Assembly: GCA_045614485.1 (NCBI GenBank)
Contig: JAZLCY010000005.1
Coordinates: forward strand, 1-39,250
DNA length: 39,250 nucleotides
Direction of reading: 5' to 3'
Source: Eubacteriales bacterium
Lineage (GTDB): Bacteria > Bacillota > Clostridia > Oscillospirales > CAG-272
The translations under genes and the position numbers were made by a program. Of the stretch, positions 35,807-39,250 are shown one piece after another. Positions within the stretch are counted from its first letter, which is position 1. Each line of letters opens with the position of its first letter. The notes below the pieces were generated by a model. That model was not told where the DNA came from. It did no database searches and saw only the letters and a list, made by a program, of their open reading frames with translations.

Positions 35807-37582
35807 ATGGCAAGCATTCCAACAAAAAAAGCTCAAGCTTCAAGTGGAACATCATTTGGAGAACAGGCAATTTACTACTACATAAAGCAATTATTCCAAG
35901 ATGCTGTAAATCGTGAAAAATACTCTTTTAATGAAAACGAAAGCATCGAATTAGATATTTATATCCCTTGTTTGCATTTTGCCATTGAATATGATGGTGC
36001 ATATTGGCATAAAGATAAAGCTGACATTGACAATCGCAAAAACGACATTCTTTCTGATGCCGGTGTTTACTTAGTTCGCGTTCGCGAATGCGGATTGGCG
36101 GACCTGGATAATAAACACGGTGATATTATTTACCGAAAAACTTCTTCAAAAGATAATGGACTTCACTTACAAGAAGTCATTAACGAAATCGTAAACATTA
36201 TCAATAATTATGTTAAGGCAAACGATTTACCTATAACGAAAGAAATCAAGGATTCGCTTGTTTCTTTCCATTTGAGCAAAGAAGAATTAATTGATAATCG
36301 CCCTAATATTTATGCCCAGTATCATACAGTTTTTCAAGAAAATAACATCGCACAAACCTGTATGATAAAATACTGGGACTATCAAAAAAATGGTAATCTT
36401 TTGCCACAAAATGTTTCTATTAATTCTCGTATTTTCGTATACCTAACATGCGCTCATGGATTATCGTTTCAAATACGTGTTAGTAATTTGTGCCTTTCCA
36501 ATAATAAAGCTCATATCAATTGCGACAAATGCTTTTTGAATTTTTGCCCTTTTGCCGAAGAAGCGGATTTTTCAATTTGTCACATTGCAAATGAATGTGA
36601 TACTTATAAAAAAGCAATCGAAGAATGTTCATATGTTCCCTCTTGGGTAAAAAACAAACACGCTTTTACCTTATCAAAGTTAAATTTTGTTCCACAAAAT
36701 TTTCCGTGTACAATTGACTTAATTGAAAACACACAAAAACAACATGATGCATATAATACTGAAATGTGGAACGAGATCTTGGCGAAATTGGAAGAAACAA
36801 ATGATATTACAAAATTAGTGATTGCTGAATGGTTGAAAGCGCTTCATCCTTCGGAGCATTTCAAATTAATACATGCAATTTGGCAACGAAATAACCAACA
36901 GTTTATAGATGTTCTTAAAGATATTTTCAACAATACAGATTCTTATTTTTTACGGTATTTTCCAATTCAAGTAACTGATTCTGTTTGTGTATGTGATATC
37001 GTGAAAATGTTTTTTGATTTCAGCCCTAAAAGGTTTAGTTATAAGCTCAAATTGTTTGATTTCCAAAATGTTATGAAAGACTTCTGCGAAGCAATTCTTG
37101 CTTTCTACAAAAACGATAGTTCCGAGCAAAAAGATGATATGGTTTTAACTTTTTGCATAACATCTGAAATCCCGACTTTGTCAAAACAGTTTTCTGGTTA
37201 TCTATATAAATTACTATGCGAACTCGAAAAAATAGTATTTTTACCGAACGCAAAAAAATGCAAAGAGTTACTTTACGCTAAAGCTGAAACTGAATTATCC
37301 ACCTTGGATAATTTTGAAAAGGAAGAACACTCTGTCTTGGAAGCACCTGTAGCTATTTCAGAAACATTCATTGGGAAGCAGGAGTCAGCACTTATAGCAT
37401 TTGAAGAATCCGAAAAGAAACGCAAACAACTCGAGAATGGGGTTGACGAAGAAACTGCCAAGGACAAGCTTAGACGCCGTTCACAAGGCTTGTGTCAGCA
37501 TTGCGGTAACAAATTTAAAAAGAAATTCTTACTGTTTGGAGAACAAATTTGCACAAAGTGTGGAAGAAAAAAGGATTATTAA
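35807..37582 (+). CDS. large multidomain protein: N-terminal PD-(D/E)xK / Vsr-DUF559-like nuclease motif, treble-clef-like Zn element, unknown domain, C-terminal CxxC...CxxC zinc ribbon
   Basis: 591 aa. AAAGGA SD. FGEQAIYYYIKQLF...ELDIYIP..HFAIEYDGAYWH...LVRVRE matches the restriction-endonuclease-like E..D...(I/V)E.DG..(W)H pattern. YWDYQKNGNLLPQNVSINSRIFVYLTCAHG...NCDKC resembles DUF4379-type zinc ribbons. The C-terminus is CQHCGNKFKKKFLLFGEQICTKCG. Confidence 0.6.
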   Translation: MASIPTKKAQASSGTSFGEQAIYYYIKQLFQDAVNREKYSFNENESIELDIYIPCLHFAIEYDGAYWHKDKADIDNRKNDILSDAGVYLVRVRECGLADLDNKHGDIIYRKTSSKDNGLHLQEVINEIVNIINNYVKANDLPITKEIKDSLVSFHLSKEELIDNRPNIYAQYHTVFQENNIAQTCMIKYWDYQKNGNLLPQNVSINSRIFVYLTCAHGLSFQIRVSNLCLSNNKAHINCDKCFLNFCPFAEEADFSICHIANECDTYKKAIEECSYVPSWVKNKHAFTLSKLNFVPQNFPCTIDLIENTQKQHDAYNTEMWNEILAKLEETNDITKLVIAEWLKALHPSEHFKLIHAIWQRNNQQFIDVLKDIFNNTDSYFLRYFPIQVTDSVCVCDIVKMFFDFSPKRFSYKLKLFDFQNVMKDFCEAILAFYKNDSSEQKDDMVLTFCITSEIPTLSKQFSGYLYKLLCELEKIVFLPNAKKCKELLYAKAETELSTLDNFEKEEHSVLEAPVAISETFIGKQESALIAFEESEKKRKQLENGVDEETAKDKLRRRSQGLCQHCGNKFKKKFLLFGEQICTKCGRKKDY

Positions 37583-37701
37583 AGCACCGTGCTAAAAGTT
37601 TAATAAAGTTATCGCAACTGCATTACAAATCTTTTTTAGGTCTTTACTTTTAAAAAAAGTAGCAATATTGATTTAGAGCGTTTTTCCAAAAGGAGTACTA
37701 T

Positions 37702-37980
37702 ATGGCTGAAACAATATTGACATTTGATCACGCTTGTGATAAAATTATTAAAACAAATTTTAGGAAGGATGGAACATACGTGATGAGTTGGTTATCAGGA
37801 GCAGGCGGACTTATTCTTATTCTCCTTATTGCTATCGCTGCAATTATCGGCGCGCTTATCGGTCTTGCAATCATTGCGGCAATCGCTGTTGCAATTATCG
37901 TAATCGTTAAGAAAAAGAAGAAGACAGCTGAAATAGAAGAGGCTGTTACCGAAGTTGTTGAAGAAACAACTGCTGTATAA
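37702..37980 (+). CDS. small membrane protein (92 aa), function unknown
   Basis: AAAGGAG SD 7 nt upstream. An uninterrupted 35-residue hydrophobic stretch GGLILILLIAIAAIIGALIGLAIIAAIAVAIIVIV is followed by KKKKK and an acidic tail. A terminator follows. Confidence 0.6.
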   Translation: MAETILTFDHACDKIIKTNFRKDGTYVMSWLSGAGGLILILLIAIAAIIGALIGLAIIAAIAVAIIVIVKKKKKTAEIEEAVTEVVEETTAV

Positions 37981-38038
37981 TTTCGTATAGCATAATAAGC
38001 CGGCAGAAAACGGTAAAACGGCAAATTTAAATAAAAAA

Positions 38039-38075
38039 CAGGATTTTCTTGCAATATAGGAAATCCTGTTTTTTA
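38039..38075 (+). terminator. intrinsic terminator closing the islet
   Basis: 11-bp stem CAGGATTTTCT / AGGAAATCCTG (38039-38049 / 38058-38068) followed by TTTTTT. Confidence 0.8.
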
Positions 38076-38191
38076 TTGTTTTGAACACAATAAGAGGAAT
38101 TTTGCGGTGCTGTTTTTAGTGTTTTTTGATGAGCAAATGTTAATAAATTGTAAATATTTATGTTGGTTGGTATATTTTTATTAAAAATATA

Positions 38192-38220
38192 TAGAAAAAG
38201 ATGCAAAAATGTGTTATAAT
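38192..38220 (+). promoter_or_regulatory. candidate ppdK promoter
   Basis: Extended -10 TGtTATAAT (38212-38220) with -35 TAGAAA (38192-38197) at 17-nt spacing. Confidence 0.5.
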
Positions 38221-38326
38221 TCCTGTTGCGGCTTACGCACGGGTGTATATTTTATATAAAAAACGCGTGAGCGGCCACATAAAATTGCTATAAAAAAATA
38301 AATTTTATATTTTGGAGGAAAACAAA

Positions 38327-39250
38327 ATGAGCAAGAAGTATTGTTATCTCTTCTCCGAGGGTAACGCAAGCATGCGTGAGATCCTTGGCGGTAAGGGAGC
38401 TAACCTCGCTGAGATGACCAACATTGGTCTTCCCGTTCCCCAGGGCTTCACTATTTCTACCGAAGCCTGCACACAGTACTATGAAGACGGCCGTCAGATC
38501 AATGCTGACATCATGGCTGAAATCATGGAGTACATTGTAAAGATGGAGGGTGTTACCGGCAAGAAGTTCGGTGACCTTGAAAATCCCCTTCTCGTTTCCG
38601 TTCGTTCCGGTGCTCGTGCATCCATGCCCGGTATGATGGATACCATCCTTAACCTTGGTCTTAACGAGGACGTTGTTGAGGTTATGGCTAAGAAGTCCGG
38701 CAATCCCCGTTGGGCTTATGACTGCTACAGAAGATTTATCCAGATGTATTCCGACGTTGTTATGGAAGTTGGTAAGAAGTACTTTGAGGAGCTTATCGAC
38801 AAGATGAAGGAAGAAAAGGGCGTTAAGCTTGACGTTGAGCTTACCGCTGATGACCTTAAGGAGCTTGCAAATCAGTTCAAGGCTGAGTACAAGGCTAAGA
38901 TCGGTCAGGACTTCCCCTCTGATCCTAAGGAACAGCTTATCGGCGCAGTTAAGGCAGTATTCCGTTCTTGGGACAACCCCAGAGCAAACGTTTACCGCCG
39001 CGATAACGACATTCCCTACTCTTGGGGTACTGCAGTAAACGTACAGGCAATGGCATTCGGTAACATGGGTGACAATTGCGGTACCGGTGTTGCATTTACC
39101 CGTGACCCTGCTACCGGTGAGAAGAAGCTCATGGGTGAGTTCCTTACCAACGCACAGGGTGAGGACGTTGTTGCAGGTGTTCGTACTCCCATGCCCATCG
39201 CAGAGATGGCTAACAAGTTCCCCGCAGCTTACGAGCAGTTCGTAGAGGTT
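38327..39250 (+). CDS. ppdK: pyruvate, phosphate dikinase, N-terminal 308 codons (runs off the right edge)
   Basis: Absent from the ORF track (no stop in the window). Translation from the ATG at 38327, behind GGAGGAAAA, gives [52 protein letters not shown]...[37 protein letters not shown], the canonical PPDK N-terminal ATP-grasp region. Confidence 0.9.
   Translation, partial: MSKKYCYLFSEGNASMREILGGKGANLAEMTNIGLPVPQGFTISTEACTQYYEDGRQINADIMAEIMEYIVKMEGVTGKKFGDLENPLLVSVRSGARASMPGMMDTILNLGLNEDVVEVMAKKSGNPRWAYDCYRRFIQMYSDVVMEVGKKYFEELIDKMKEEKGVKLDVELTADDLKELANQFKAEYKAKIGQDFPSDPKEQLIGAVKAVFRSWDNPRANVYRRDNDIPYSWGTAVNVQAMAFGNMGDNCGTGVAFTRDPATGEKKLMGEFLTNAQGEDVVAGVRTPMPIAEMANKFPAAYEQFVEV

Larger units (their letters stand above)
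34844..38100 (+). other. low-GC tRNA-adjacent genomic islet (three co-oriented genes, no integrase)
   Basis: Hand-counted 60-nt lines give 35% GC (36001-36060) and 30% GC (36601-36660), versus 52% in purL (18001-18060). Codon style shifts to TTA/AAA/GAA. Bounded by the tRNA-Arg 3' end and the terminator at 38039-38075. Confidence 0.6.

Noticed and set aside
37728-38088. Two minus-strand ORFs (108 aa and 97 aa) antisense to the 92-aa gene
   Set aside because: They are mirror images of the Ala/Ile-rich coding repeat and have no SD. The plus-strand gene has both an SD and a terminator.
34844-38326. Integrative element with att repeats or an integrase at the tRNA-Arg locus
   Set aside because: I scanned 37980-38330 for a copy of the tRNA 3' segment (TTCGATTCTCGCCGGGGAGGCCA or sub-strings) and found none. 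No integrase, recombinase or transposase ORF is present. The region is therefore called an islet, not a mobile element.
1-39250. CRISPR arrays, rRNA genes, IS elements and transposases
   Set aside because: No regularly spaced direct repeats, rRNA-like sequence or transposase-like ORFs were seen anywhere in the window.

Overview
39.25-kb chromosomal window from a Gram-positive anaerobe. Gene order, codon style and the PPDK, ZTP-riboswitch and PurO-type gene content suggest a Clostridia / Oscillospiraceae-like genome, but taxonomy is unverified. About 34 kb is ordinary, densely packed housekeeping DNA. It starts with the 5' end of rplJ and its L10 leader. A condensed 'ylo-type' cluster follows on the minus strand (nrdR-yicC-remA-rpoZ-priA-def-fmt-rsmB-rlmN-rsgA). 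Next come a PAP2 phosphatase, an AEC transporter, an RpiB-like isomerase, an archaeal-type aspS, an esterase and a TIGR01212 radical-SAM gene. An 11.6-kb minus-strand purine operon follows (purE-purF-purM-purN-IMP cyclohydrolase-purH(AICARFT)-purD-purL). It sits behind a structure that fits a ZTP (pfl) riboswitch, with purC and a PnuC-like transporter transcribed divergently. After that come an AraC regulator with a GH2 beta-mannosidase, two translationally coupled membrane proteins, and the 5' end of ppdK at the right edge. The outlier is 34.8-38.1 kb. Immediately 3' of a tRNA-Arg(CCT) gene lies a low-GC (about 30-35% versus about 50%) three-gene plus-strand islet. It encodes a 236-aa HExxH protein, a 591-aa protein and a 92-aa membrane peptide. 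The 591-aa protein combines an N-terminal restriction-endonuclease-like motif, two zinc-ribbon-like Cys/His clusters and a large unassignable domain. I cannot place this combination in any named system, and I flag it as the best candidate for an undescribed defence or toxin-type module. Secondary observations are a PurF lacking the N-terminal catalytic Cys, a split PurH with an archaeal-type IMP cyclohydrolase, and several unexplained structured intergenic segments. All family calls come from motif recognition by eye; no searches were run.
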